From assembly GCF_009914755.1 (NCBI RefSeq), contig NC_060940.1: 64,000 bases of DNA; one strand, written 5' to 3'. Shown piece by piece: positions 1-14,000 of this stretch; the first letter of the stretch is position 1, and each line of letters starts with the position of its first letter. The DNA is from the human T2T-CHM13v2.0 reference genome, Homo sapiens. A model generated the notes under the pieces. The model saw nothing but the letters and a program-made list of their open reading frames with translations. It was not told where the DNA came from and ran no database searches. The position numbers and the translations under genes are program-made.

Positions 1-1495
1 ATTCGATGATTCCATTTTAGCCTGTTCGATAATTCCATTTGAGTCCAACCAATGATTCCATTCATTTCCATTCAATGATTCCATTCGAGTCCATTTGATC
101 ATTCCGGTAGGGTCCATTCGATGTTGATTCCATTGGAGTGCATTCGATGATTCCATTCGAGTCCATTTTAGGATTTGATTCGAGTCCTTTCGATGATTCC
201 ATTCGATTCCACTCGATGATGATTTCATTCGAGTCCATTCGACACTTCCAATCGATTCCATTTGATGATTCCATTCGAGTCCAATTGATGATTCCATTCA
301 ATTCCATTCGATGATGATTCCGTACGATACCATTCTGTGATGATTCCATGTGATTGCATTCAATGATGATTCCTTTCGATTGCATTCGATTATGATTCAT
401 TTCGTGTTCATTCTATGGTTCCACAGGTTTCCATTCGTGTCCATTCCATTATTCCATTCTATTCCATTTGATGATGATTCCATTCGATTCCATTCATTGG
501 TGATTCCACTCAATTCCATTCAATGATTCCATTCCATTTCTTTCAACAATGATTCCATTAGTTTCTAATCGATGATCCACTTGATTCCATTTGACGACGA
601 TTCCATTCTTGTCCATTCGATGATTCCATTTGATTCCATATGATGATGATTCCATTCGATTCCATACCATGATGATTCCATTCGAGTCCATTCAATGGTG
701 ATTCCATTCAATTCCATTCGATGATTCCTTTTGATTCCATTCGATGATGATGGCATTCGATTCCTTTCAATCATTCCCTTTGATTCCATTCAAAGGTGAT
801 TTCATTCAAGTCCATTCGATAATTGCATTCGATTCCATTCTATGATGATTCCATTCGAGTCCATTTGATGATTCCATTCAATTCAAGTCAATGATGATTC
901 CATTCGATTCCATTCGATGATTCCATTGGATTCCATTCGATGATGATTCCATTCAAATCCTTTCGATAATTCAATTCAAGTCCATTCGATGATGATTCCA
1001 ATCGAATCCATTCAAAGATTCCATTCAGTTCCATTCGATGATTCCCTTAGATTCCATTCGATGATTCCACTTGATTGCATTTACGATGATTCCATTCGAT
1101 TCCATGTGATGATTCCATTCAATTCTATTCAATGATGTCTCCATTTGATTCCATTCGACCATGATTGCCTTTGATTCCATTCAATGATTCCATTCGGTTC
1201 CGTTTGATGATGATTCCGTTCGATTCCATTTGATGATTCCATTTGATTCCATTGGATGGGTCCATTCGATTACATTCGATGATTATTCCATTCGAGTGCA
1301 TTAGATGATTCCATTCGAGTCCATTCGATGATTCCATTCGATTCCATTCGATGTTGATTCTGTTCAAATCCATTCGATGATTCCACTCGATTCCATTCGT
1401 TGACTCCATTTGATCCCATTCGATGATTTCCTTTGATTCCCTTTGATGATCATTCCATTTGATTCAATTCGGTGATTTCATTTGATTCCATTCAG

Positions 1496-4400
1496 TGATG
1501 TTTCCATTCGACTCCATTCGATGATGATTCCATTCGACTCCATTCGATTATGATTTCATTCAATTCCATTCGATAATGATTCCCTGCGAGTCTATTCGAT
1601 GATTCCATTCGATTCCATTCAACGATGATTTGATTCGTGTCCATTCGATGATTCCATTTGATTCCACTTGATGATGATTCCATTCGAGCCCATTTGATGA
1701 TTCCATTCAATTCCATACTCCGATGATTTCTTTTGAGCCCACTCAATGCTTCCACTCGATTCCATATGATGATGACTCCATTCGATGAAATTCGATGATG
1801 ATTCCATTCGCTTGCTTTCGATGATGATTCCACTTGAGTCCGTTAGAAGATTCTATTCAATTACATTCCATGACGATTCCGTTCGAGTCCATTTGATGAT
1901 TCCATTAGACTCCATTCGACGATGATTCCATTCGATGTTATTCGATGATTCCATTTGATCTCATTCGATGATGATTCCATTCAACTCCATTCGATGTTTC
2001 CATTCGAGTTCATTCTATTATTCCATTAGATTCCATTCGATGATGATTCCATTCGATTCCATTTGATGATTGCATTCTATTTCATTTGATGATGATTCCA
2101 TTCGAGTCCACTCGATGATTCCATTCGAGTCCATTTAATGAATCCATTGGTTTCAATTCTATGATGATTACATTGGATTCCATTCGTTGATGATTTCATT
2201 CGGTTCCATTCAATGATGATTCCATTCAATTCCTTTCAATGTTTCCATTCAATTCCATACGATGATGATTCCATTTGATTTGATTCGACAGTGAGCCATT
2301 CGATTCAATTCCATGATGATTCTATTTGATTCAATTGGTTGACATTTCCATTCGATTCCATTCGATGATGATTCCCTTTGATTCCGTTCAAAGATGATTC
2401 CATTCTAGCCCATTCAATCATTCCATTCGATTCTATTCAATGATGATTCCATTCATGTCGATTTGGTGATTCCATTTGACTTCATTTGATGATGATTCCT
2501 TTCAAGTTCATTAGATGATTCCATTCGATTCCATTTGATGATGATCCCATTCGAGTCCATTCAGTGATTCCATTCATTTCCATTCCATGATGATTCCATT
2601 CCTTTCCATTCAATGATTCCATTCGATTCCGTTTGATGATGATTTCATTCGAGTCCATTTGATGATTCCATTTGATTCCATTCGATGATGATTCCATTCG
2701 AGTCCATTCGATGATTCTATTCGAATCCATTTGATGATTTCTTTTGATTATATTTGGTGATGATTCCATTGGAGTCCATTCAATGATTCCATTCTATTCC
2801 AATCGATGATGATTCCATTAGAGTCCATTTAATGATTCCATTTGATTCCAGTCTCTGATGATTACATTCGAGTCCATACGATGATTCCACTCAATTCCAT
2901 ATGATGATGATTCCATTTGATTCCATTCGGTGATTCCATTCTATTCTATTCAATGGTGATTCCATTCGAGTACATTAGATGATTCCATTCGATTCCATTC
3001 AATGATGATTCTATTTGTGTCCCTTAGATGATTCCACATGATTCCATTAGATGATGATACTATTTGAGCCCATCCAATGATTCCCTTCGATTCCATTCGA
3101 TGAGGATTCCATTCGATTCAATTCATTGGTGATTCTATTCAATTCAATTCTTTGATTCCATTCCATTCCATTCGACAATAATTCCATTCGATTTCTTTCG
3201 ATGATTCCACTCGATTCCACTTGACATTGATTCCATTCGATTCCATTCAATGATTCCATTTGATTCCAGTGGATGATGATTGCCATCGATTCCATTCAAT
3301 CACTCCATTCTATTCCATTTGATGATGATTACATTCGATTCCATTTGATGATTCCATCTGATTCTATTCGAGGATTCCATTTGATTCCATTCGATGATGT
3401 TTCCATTCGACTCCATTCGATGATGATTCCATTCGACTCCATTCGATTATGATTTCATTCAATTCCATTCGATAATGATTCCCTTCGAGTCCATTCGATG
3501 ATTCCATTCGATTCCATTCAACGATGTTTTGATTCGTGTCCATTCGATGATTCCATTTGATTCCACTTGATGATGATTCCATTCGAGTCCATTTGATGAT
3601 TCCATTCAATTCCATACTCCGATGATTTCTTTTGAGCCCACTCAATGCTTCCACTCGATTCCATATGATGATGACTCCATTCGATGAAATTCGATGATGA
3701 TTCCATTCGCTTGCTTTCGATGATGATTCCACTTGAGTCCGTTAGAAGATTCTATTCAATTACATTCCATGACGATTCCGTTCGAGTCCATTTGATGATT
3801 CCATTAGACTCCATTCGACGATGATTCCTTTCGATGTTATTCCATGATTCCATTCGATATCAATCGATGATGATTCCATTCAACTCCATTCGATGTTTCC
3901 ATTCGAGTTCATTCTATTATTGCATTAGATTCCATTCGATGATGATTCCATTCGATTCCATTTGATGATTGCATTCTGTTTCATTTGATGATGATTCCAT
4001 TCGAGTCCACTCGATGATTCCATTCGAGTCCATTTAATGAATCCATTGGTTTCAATTCTATGATGATTACATTGGATTCCATTCGTTGATGATTTCATTC
4101 GGTTCCATTCAATGATGATTCCATTCAATTCCTTTCAATGTTTCCATTCAATTCCATACGATGATGATTCCATTTGATTTGATTCGACAGTGAGCCATTC
4201 GATTCAATTCCATGATGATTCTATTTGATTCAATTGGTTGACATTTCCATTCGATTCCATTCGATGATGATTCCCTTTGATTCCGTTCAAAGATGATTCC
4301 ATTCTAGCCCATTCAATCATTCCATTCGATTCTATTCAATGATGATTCCATTCATGTCGATTTGGTGATTCCATTTGACTTCATTTGATGATGATTCCTT

Positions 4401-5293
4401 TCAAGTTCATTAGATGATTCCATTCGATTCCATTTGATGATGATCCCATTCGAGTCCATTCAGTGATTCCATTCGTTTCCATTCCATGATGATTCCATTC
4501 CTTTCCATTCAATGATTCCATTCGATTCCGTTTGATGATGATTTCATTCGAGTCCATTTGATGATTCCATTTGATTCCATTCGATGATGATTCCATTCGA
4601 GTCCATTCGATGATTCTATTCGAATCCATTTGATGATTTCTTTTGATTATATTTGGTGATGATTCCATTGGAGTCCATTCAATGATTCCATTCGATTCCA
4701 ATCGATGATGATTCCATTAGAGTCCATTTAATGATTCCATTTGATTCCAGTCTCTGATGATTACATTCGAGTCCATACGATGATTCCACTCAATTCCATA
4801 TGATGATGATTCCATTTGATTCCATTCGGTGATTCCATTCTATTCTATTCAATGGTGATTCCATTCGAGTACATTAGATGATTCCATTCGATTCCATTCA
4901 ATGATGATTCTATTTGTGTCCCTTAGATGATTCCACATGATTCCATTAGATGATGATACTATTTGAGCCCATCCAATGATTCCCTTCGATTCCATTCGAT
5001 GAGGATTCCATTCGATTCAATTCATTGGTGATTCTATTCAATTCAATTCTTTGATTCCATTCCATTCCATTCGACAATGATTCCATTCGATTTCTTTCGA
5101 TGATTCCACTCGATTCCACTTGACATTGATTCCATTCGATTCCATTCAATGATTCCATTTGATTCCAGTGGATGATGATTGCCATCGATTCCATTCGATC
5201 ACTCCATTCTATTCCATTTGATGATGATTACATTCGATTCCATTTGATGATTCCATCTGATTCTATTCGAGGATTCCATTTGATTCCATTCGA
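1496..5293 (+). repeat. 1899-bp tandem duplication (about 1496-3394 and 3395-5293)
   Basis: Junction at 3395-3399 (TGATG) joins ...GAGGATTCCATTTGATTCCATTCGA to TGATGTTTCCATTCGACTCC, which normally lies at 1496. Confidence 0.9.
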
Positions 5294-7065
5294 TGATGAT
5301 TCCATTCGAGTCCATTCGATGATTTCATTCGAGTACATCCAATGATTCCATTCGAGTCCATTAGATGATTCCATTTGATTCCATTTGAAAATGATTCTAC
5401 TAGAGTCCATTCAATGACTCCATTCGAGTCCATTCAACAATTCCATTCGACTCCATTCGATGATTCCATTCGATTCCATTTGATGGTTCCATTCGAGTCC
5501 ATTTAATCATTACAGTCGAGTCCATTTGGTGATTCCACTGGATTTCTTTTGATAATGATACCATTCAATTACATTTGATGATGATCCCATTCAATTTCAT
5601 TTGATGATGATTCCATTAGAGTCCATTCGATGATTTCATTCGAGTCCCTTCATTGATTCCATCCGATTTCATTGGATGATGACTCCATTCGAGTCCATTC
5701 GATGATTCCACTCGATTCCATTAGATGACTCCATTGGAGTCCATTTGATTGTTCCATTCGATTCCATTCGATTCCTTTCGAAGATTATTCCATTTGAGTC
5801 CATTCGATGATGATTCCATTCCATTCCATTCGATGATTCCGTTTGATTCCATTCGATGATTCCCTTCGATTCCTTTCTTTGATGATTTCATTCCATTCCA
5901 TTCAATGATTCCATTCGAATCTATTCCATGATGATTCCTTTCGATTCCATTCGCTGATGTTTCCGTTCAATTCCATTCGATGATGATTCCATTCGATTCC
6001 ATTCATTGAGGATTCCATTTGATTCCATTCAATGATGATTCCATTCTATTCCACTCAATGATTGCATTCAATTCCATACAATGATTATCCCATTAGAGTA
6101 AACTCAACGATTCCATTCAATACCATTCGATGATGATTCCTTTTGAGTCCATTCAATGATTTCATTCAAGTCCATTTGATGATTCCTTTCAATTCCATTC
6201 TATGATGATTCCATTCGAGTCCATTCGATGATTCCATTCAATTGCATTTGATGATTCCATTATATTCCATTCAACGGTGATTCCATTCGAGTCCATTCCA
6301 TGATTCCATTAGAGTACATTTAATGATTGCTTTGTTTTCAATTCGAAGATGATTACATTGGATTCCATTCTATGATACCATTCGATTCCATTCAATGATG
6401 ATTCCACTCAAATCCATTGGATGATTCCATTCGTGTCCATTCGGTGATTTCATTAGATTCCATTCGAGGATGATTCCATTCGATTCCATTCGATGATTCC
6501 ATTCAATTCCATTCGATGATGATTCCATTCCAGTCCATATGATCATTCCATTTGATTTCATTCGATGATGATTCCATTCGATTCCATTCGATGATTCCAT
6601 TCTATTCCATTCGATGATGATTCCATTCGAGTCCATTCGATGATTCCATTCGAGTCCATTTAATGATTCCATTGGGTTCAATTCAATGATGATTACATTG
6701 GATTCCGTTCTATGATTCCATTCAATTCCATTCATTGACAATTTGATTCCATTCGATGATGATTCCATTTGAGTTCATTCGATGATTCTATTCGATTCTC
6801 TTCGATGGTGATTCAATTCTATTATATTGGATGATTCCATTCGATTCCATTTGATGTTGATTCAATTCGATTCTATTCGATGATGATTCCATTGGATTTC
6901 ACTTGATGATTCTATTCGATTCCATTCAATGATGATTCACTTCTCGTCCATTGGATGATTCCATTTCATTCCATTCGATGATGATTCCATTCGATTCCAT
7001 TCGATGATTCCATTTGATTCCATGCGACGGTGAGCAATTCGATTCAATTCCATGATGATTCTATT

Positions 7066-7076
7066 TGATTCAATTA
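7066..7076 (-). promoter_or_regulatory. Candidate DUX4-type double-homeodomain site TAATTGAATCA, one per complete unit
   Basis: The + strand reads TGATTCAATTA here and at 15582, 21694, 27806, 33846, 43321, 53353 and 59455, matching the TAAYBBAATCA consensus. DUX4 is known to bind and induce HSATII; binding at these sites is untested. Confidence 0.35.
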
Positions 7077-8072
7077 GATGATGTTTCCATTCGAATCCAT
7101 TCCATGATTATTCCATTGGAATCCATTCGGCGATGATTCCATATGAGTCAATTCAATGATGATTCCATATGGGTCCGTTCGATGATAATTCCATTTGATT
7201 TCATTCGATGCTTCTATTCTATTCCAGTCGATGATGATTCCATTGGAGTCCATACGATGATTCCATTTGATTTCATTTGATGATGATTCCATTCGATGAT
7301 GATTACATTGGATTCCATTCTATGATTCCATTCAATTCCATTCGTTGATGATTCGATTCCATTCAATGATGATTCCATTTGAGTTCATTCGATGATTCTA
7401 TTCGATTCCGTTCGATGGTGACTCAATTCTATTATACTGGATGATACCAGTCGATTCCATTTGATGATTATTCCATTGGAGTCCATTTAGTGAATCCTTT
7501 AGATTCTACTCGACGATGATTCCATTCGAGTCCATTCGATGATACCATTCAATTCCATTCGTTGATGCTTCCATTCAAGTGCATTCGATGATATCATTCG
7601 ATTCCATTTGATGATAATTCCATTTGATTCCATGCGATGATTCTATTCGATTCCATTCAATGATAATTCCATTCAATTCAGTGATTCCTCTGGACTCCAT
7701 TTGATGATGATTCCATTCAATGATTCCATTCGATTCTATTCGAAAATGATTCCATTTGAATCCATTTGATGATGATTCCATTAGATTCCATTTGATGATT
7801 CCATTCGATTCCATTCGACGATGATTCCATTCGATTCCGTTTGATGATTCCATTCTATTCTATTCGATGATGATTCCATTCGATTCCATTCGATGATGAT
7901 TGGATTCGATTCCATTGGATGATTTCATTTGATTCCATTCGTTAATGATTTCGATCAATTCCATTCGATGATTCCATTCGATTCCATTCGATAATGATTA
8001 CATCCGAGTCCATTCGATGATTCCATTTTAGCCTGTTCGATAATTCCATTTGAGTCCAACCAATGATTCCAT

Positions 8073-11000
8073 TCATTTCCATTCAATGATTCCATTCGAG
8101 TCCATTTGATCATTCCGGTAGGGTCCATTCGATGTTGATTCCATTGGAGTGCATTCGATGATTCCATTCGAGTCCATTTTAGGATTTGATTCGAGTCCTT
8201 TCGATGATTCCATTCGATTCCACTCGATGATGATTTCATTCGAGTCCATTCGACACTTCCAATCGATTCCATTTGATGATTCCATTCGAGTCCAATTGAT
8301 GATTCCATTCAATTCCATTCGATGATGATTCCGTACGATACCATTCTGTGATGATTCCATGTGATTGCATTCAATGATGATTCCTTTCGATTGCATTCGA
8401 TTATGATTCATTTCGTGTTCATTCTATGGTTCCACAGGTTTCCATTCGTGTCCATTCCATTATTCCATTCTATTCCATTTGATGATGATTCCATTCGATT
8501 CCATTCATTGGTGATTCCACTCAATTCCATTCAATGATTCCATTCCATTTCTTTCAACAATGATTCCATTAGTTTCTAATCGATGATCCACTTGATTCCA
8601 TTTGACGACGATTCCATTCTTGTCCATTCGATGATTCCATTTGATTCCATATGATGATGATTCCATTCGATTCCATACCATGATGATTCCATTCGAGTCC
8701 ATTCAATGGTGATTCCATTCAATTCCATTCGATGATTCCTTTTGATTCCATTCGATGATGATGGCATTCGATTCCTTTCAATCATTCCCTTTGATTCCAT
8801 TCAAAGGTGATTTCATTCAAGTCCATTCGATAATTGCATTCGATTCCATTCTATGATGATTCCATTCGAGTCCATTTGATGATTCCATTCAATTCAAGTC
8901 AATGATGATTCCATTCGATTCCATTCGATGATTCCATTGGATTCCATTCGATGATGATTCCATTCAAATCCTTTCGATAATTCAATTCAAGTCCATTCGA
9001 TGATGATTCCAATCGAATCCATTCAAAGATTCCATTCAGTTCCATTCGATGATTCCCTTAGATTCCATTCGATGATTCCACTTGATTGCATTTACGATGA
9101 TTCCATTCGATTCCATGTGATGATTCCATTCAATTCTATTCAATGATGTTTCCATTTGATTCCATTCGACCATGATTGCCTTTGATTCCATTCAATGATT
9201 CCATTCGGTTCCGTTTGATGATGATTCCGTTCGATTCCATTTGATGATTCCATTTGATTCCATTGGATGGGTCCATTCGATTACATTCGATGATTATTCC
9301 ATTCGAGTGCATTAGATGATTCCATTCGAGTCCATTCGATGATTCCATTCGATTCCATTCGATGTTGATTCTGTTCAAATCCATTCGATGATTCCACTCG
9401 ATTCCATTCGTTGACTCCATTTGATCCCATTCGATGATTTCCTTTGATTCCCTTTGATGATCATTCCATTTGATTCAATTCGGTGATTTCATTTGATTCC
9501 ATTCAGTGATGTTTCCATTCGACTCCATTCGATGATGATTCCATTCGACTCCATTCGATTATGATTTCATTCAATTCCATTCGATAATGATTCCCTGCGA
9601 GTCTATTCGATGATTCCATTCGATTCCATTCAACGATGATTTGATTCGTGTCCATTCGATGATTCCATTTGATTCCACTTGATGATGATTCCATTCGAGC
9701 CCATTTGATGATTCCATTCAATTCCATACTCCGATGATTTCTTTTGAGCCCACTCAATGCTTCCACTCGATTCCATATGATGATGACTCCATTCGATGAA
9801 ATTCGATGATGATTCCATTCGCTTGCTTTCGATGATGATTCCACTTGAGTCCGTTAGAAGATTCTATTCAATTACATTCCATGACGATTCCGTTCGAGTC
9901 CATTTGATGATTCCATTAGACTCCATTCGACGATGATTCCATTCGATGTTATTCGATGATTCCATTCGATCTCATTCGATGATGATTCCATTCAACTCCA
10001 TTCGATGTTTCCATTCGAGTTCATTCTATTATTCCATTAGATTCCATTCGATGATGATTCCATTCGATTCCATTTGATGATTGCATTCTATTTCATTTGA
10101 TGATGATTCCATTCGAGTCCACTCGATGATTCCATTCGAGTCCATTTAATGAATCCATTGGTTTCAATTCTATGATGATTACATTGGATTCCATTCGTTG
10201 ATGATTTCATTCGGTTCCATTCAATGATGATTCCATTCAATTCCTTTCAATGTTTCCATTCAATTCCATACGATGATGATTCCATTTGATTTGATTCGAC
10301 AGTGAGCCATTCGATTCAATTCCATGATGATTCTATTTGATTCAATTGGTTGACATTTCCATTCGATTCCATTCGATGATGATTCCCTTTGATTCCGTTC
10401 AAAGATGATTCCATTCTAGCCCATTCAATCATTCCATTCGATTCTATTCAATGATGATTCCATTCATGTCGATTTGGTGATTCCATTTGACTTCATTTGA
10501 TGATGATTCCTTTCAAGTTCATTAGATGATTCCATTCGATTCCATTTGATGATGATCCCATTCGAGTCCATTCAGTGATTCCATTCATTTCCATTCCATG
10601 ATGATTCCATTCCTTTCCATTCAATGATTCCATTCGATTCCGTTTGATGATGATTTCATTCGAGTCCATTTGATGATTCCATTTGATTCCATTCGATGAT
10701 GATTCCATTCGAGTCCATTCGATGATTCTATTCGAATCCATTTGATGATTTCTTTTGATTATATTTGGTGATGATTCCATTGGAGTCCATTCAATGATTC
10801 CATTCTATTCCAATCGATGATGATTCCATTAGAGTCCATTTAATGATTCCATTTGATTCCAGTCTCTGATGATTACATTCGAGTCCATACGATGATTCCA
10901 CTCAATTCCATATGATGATGATTCCATTTGATTCCATTCGGTGATTCCATTCTATTCTATTCAATGGTGATTCCATTCGAGTACATTAGATGATTCCATT

Positions 11001-14000
11001 CGATTCCATTCAATGATGATTCTATTTGTGTCCCTTAGATGATTCCACATGATTCCATTAGATGATGATACTATTTGAGCCCATCCAATGATTCCCTTCG
11101 ATTCCATTCGATGAGGATTCCATTCGAGTCAATTCATTGGTGATTCTATTCAATTCAATTCTTTGATTCCATTCCATTCCATTCGACAATAATTCCATTC
11201 GATTTCTTTCGATGATTCCACTCGATTCCACTTGACATTGATTCCATTCGATTCCATTCAATGATTCCATTTGATTCCAGTGGATGATGATTGCCATCGA
11301 TTCCATTCGATCACTCCATTCTATTCCATTTGATGATGATTACATTCGATTCCATTTGATGATTCCATCTGATTCTATTCGAGGATTCCATTTGATTCCA
11401 TTCGATGATGATTCCATTCGAGTCCATTCGATGATTTCATTCGAGTACATCCAATGATTCCATTCGAGTCCATTAGATGATTCCATTTGATTCCATTTGA
11501 AAATGATTCTACTAGAGTCCATTCAATGACTCCATTCGAGTCCATTCAACAATTCCATTCGACTCCATTCGATGATTCCATTCGATTCCATTTGATGGTT
11601 CCATTCGAGTCCATTTAATCATTACAGTCGAGTCCATTTGGTGATTCCACTGGATTTCTTTTGATAATGATACCATTCAATTACATTTGATGATGATCCC
11701 ATTCAATTTCATTTGATGATGATTCCATTAGAGTCCATTCGATGATTTCATTCGAGTCCCTTCATTGATTCCATCCGATTTCATTGGATGATGACTCCAT
11801 TCGAGTCCATTCGATGATTCCACTCGATTCCATTAGATGACTCCATTGGAGCCCATTTGATTGTTCCATTCGATTCCATTCGATTCCTTTCGAAGATTAT
11901 TCCATTTGAGTCCATTCGATGATGATTCCATTCCATTCCATTTGATGATTCCGTTTGATTCCATTCGATGATTCCCTTCGATTCCTTTCTTTGATGATTC
12001 CATTCCATTCCATTCAATGATTCCATTCGTATCTATTCCATGATGATTCCTTTCGATTCCATTCGCTGATGTTTCCGTTCAATTCCATTCGATGATGATT
12101 CCATTCGATTCCATTCATTGAGGATTCCATTTGATTCCATTCAATGATGATTCCATTCTATTCCATTCAATGATTGCATTCAATTCCATTCAATGATTAT
12201 CCCCTTAGAGTAAACTCAACGATTCCATTCAATACCATTCGATGATGATTCCTTTTGAGTCCATTCAATGATTTCATTCAAGTCCATTTGATGATTCCTT
12301 TCAATTCCATTCTATGATGATTCCATTCGAGTCCATTCGATGATTCCATTCGATTGCATTCGATGATTCCATTATATTCCATTCAACGGTGATTCCATTC
12401 GAGTCCATTCCATGATTCCATTAGAGTACATTTAATGATTGCTTTGTTTTCAATTCGAAGATGATTACATTGGATTCCATTCTATGATACCATTCGATTC
12501 CATTCAATGATGATTCCACTCAAATCCATTGGATGATTCCATTCGTGTCCATTCGGTGATTTCATTAGATTCCATTCGAGGATGATTCCATTCGATTCCA
12601 TTCGATGATTCCATTCAATTCCATTAGATGATGATTCCATTCCAGTCCATATGATCATTCCATTCAATTCCATACGATGATGATTCCATTTGATTTGATT
12701 CGACAGTGAGCCATTTGATTCAATTCCATGATGATTCTATTTGATTCAATTGGTTGACATTTCCATTCGATTCCATTCGATGATGATTCCCTTTGATTCC
12801 GTTCAAAGATGATTCCATTCTAGCCCATTCAATCATTCCATTCGATTCTATTCAATGATGATTCCATTCATGTCGATTTGGTGATTCCATTTGACTTCAT
12901 TTGATGATGATTCCTTTCAAGTTCATTAGATGATTCCATTCGATTCCATTTGATGATGATCCCATTCGAATCCATTCAGTGATTCCATTCATTTCCATTC
13001 CATGATGATTCCATTCCTTTCCATTCAATGATTCCATTCGATTCCGTTTGATGATGATTTCATTCGAGTCCATTTGATGATTCCATTTGATTCCATTCGA
13101 TGATGATTCCATTCGAGTCCATTCGATGATTCTATTCGAATCCATTTGATGATTTCTTTTGATTATATTTGGTGATGATTCCATTGGAGTCCATTCAATG
13201 ATTCCATTCTATTCCAATCGATGATGATTCCATTAGAGTCCATTTAATGATTCCATTTGATTCCAGTCTCTGATGATTACATTCGAGTCCATACGATGAT
13301 TCCACTCAATTCCATATGATGATGATTCCATTTGATTCCATTCGGTGATTCCATTCTATTCTATTCAATGGTGATTCCATTCGAGTACATTAGATGATTC
13401 CATTCGATTCCATTCAATGATGATTCTATTTGTGTCCCTTAGATGATTCCACATGATTCCATTACATGATGATACTATTTGAGCCCATCCAATGATTCCC
13501 TTCGATTCCATTCGATGAGGATTCCATTCGATTCAATTCATTGGTGATTCTATTCAATTCAATTCTTTGATTCCATTCCATTCCATTCGACAATGATTCC
13601 ATTCGATTTCTTTCGATGATTCCACTCGATTCCACTTGACATTGATTCCATTCGATTCCATTCAATGATTCCATTTGATTCCAGTGGATGATGATTGCCA
13701 TCGATTCCATTCGATCACTCCATTCTATTCCATTTGATGATGATTACATTCGATTCCATTTGATGATTCCATCTGATTCTATTCGAGGATTCCATTTGAT
13801 TCCATTCGATGATGATTCCATTCGAGTCCATTCGATGATTTCATTCGAGTACATCCAATGATTCCATTCGAGTCCATTAGATGATTCCGTTTGATTCCAT
13901 TTGAAAATGATTCTACTAGAGTCCATTCAATGACTCCATTCGAGTCCATTCAACAATTCCATTCGACTCCATTCGATGATTCCATTCGATTCCATTTGAT

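Larger units (their letters stand above)
62..8072 (+). repeat. Higher-order unit, expanded variant (8011 bp = 6112 + 1899 duplication)
   Basis: Landmark pseudo-ORF at 62 recurs at 8073; internal landmarks repeat at +1899 (1619/3518, 2482/4381, 3047/4946). The unit start is arbitrary. Confidence 0.9.

Noticed and set aside
6097-6105. Small palindromes and inverted repeats such as GAGTAAACTC, CGTACG and CAATTG
   Set aside because: They are too short to be meaningful and are expected by chance among diverged monomers.
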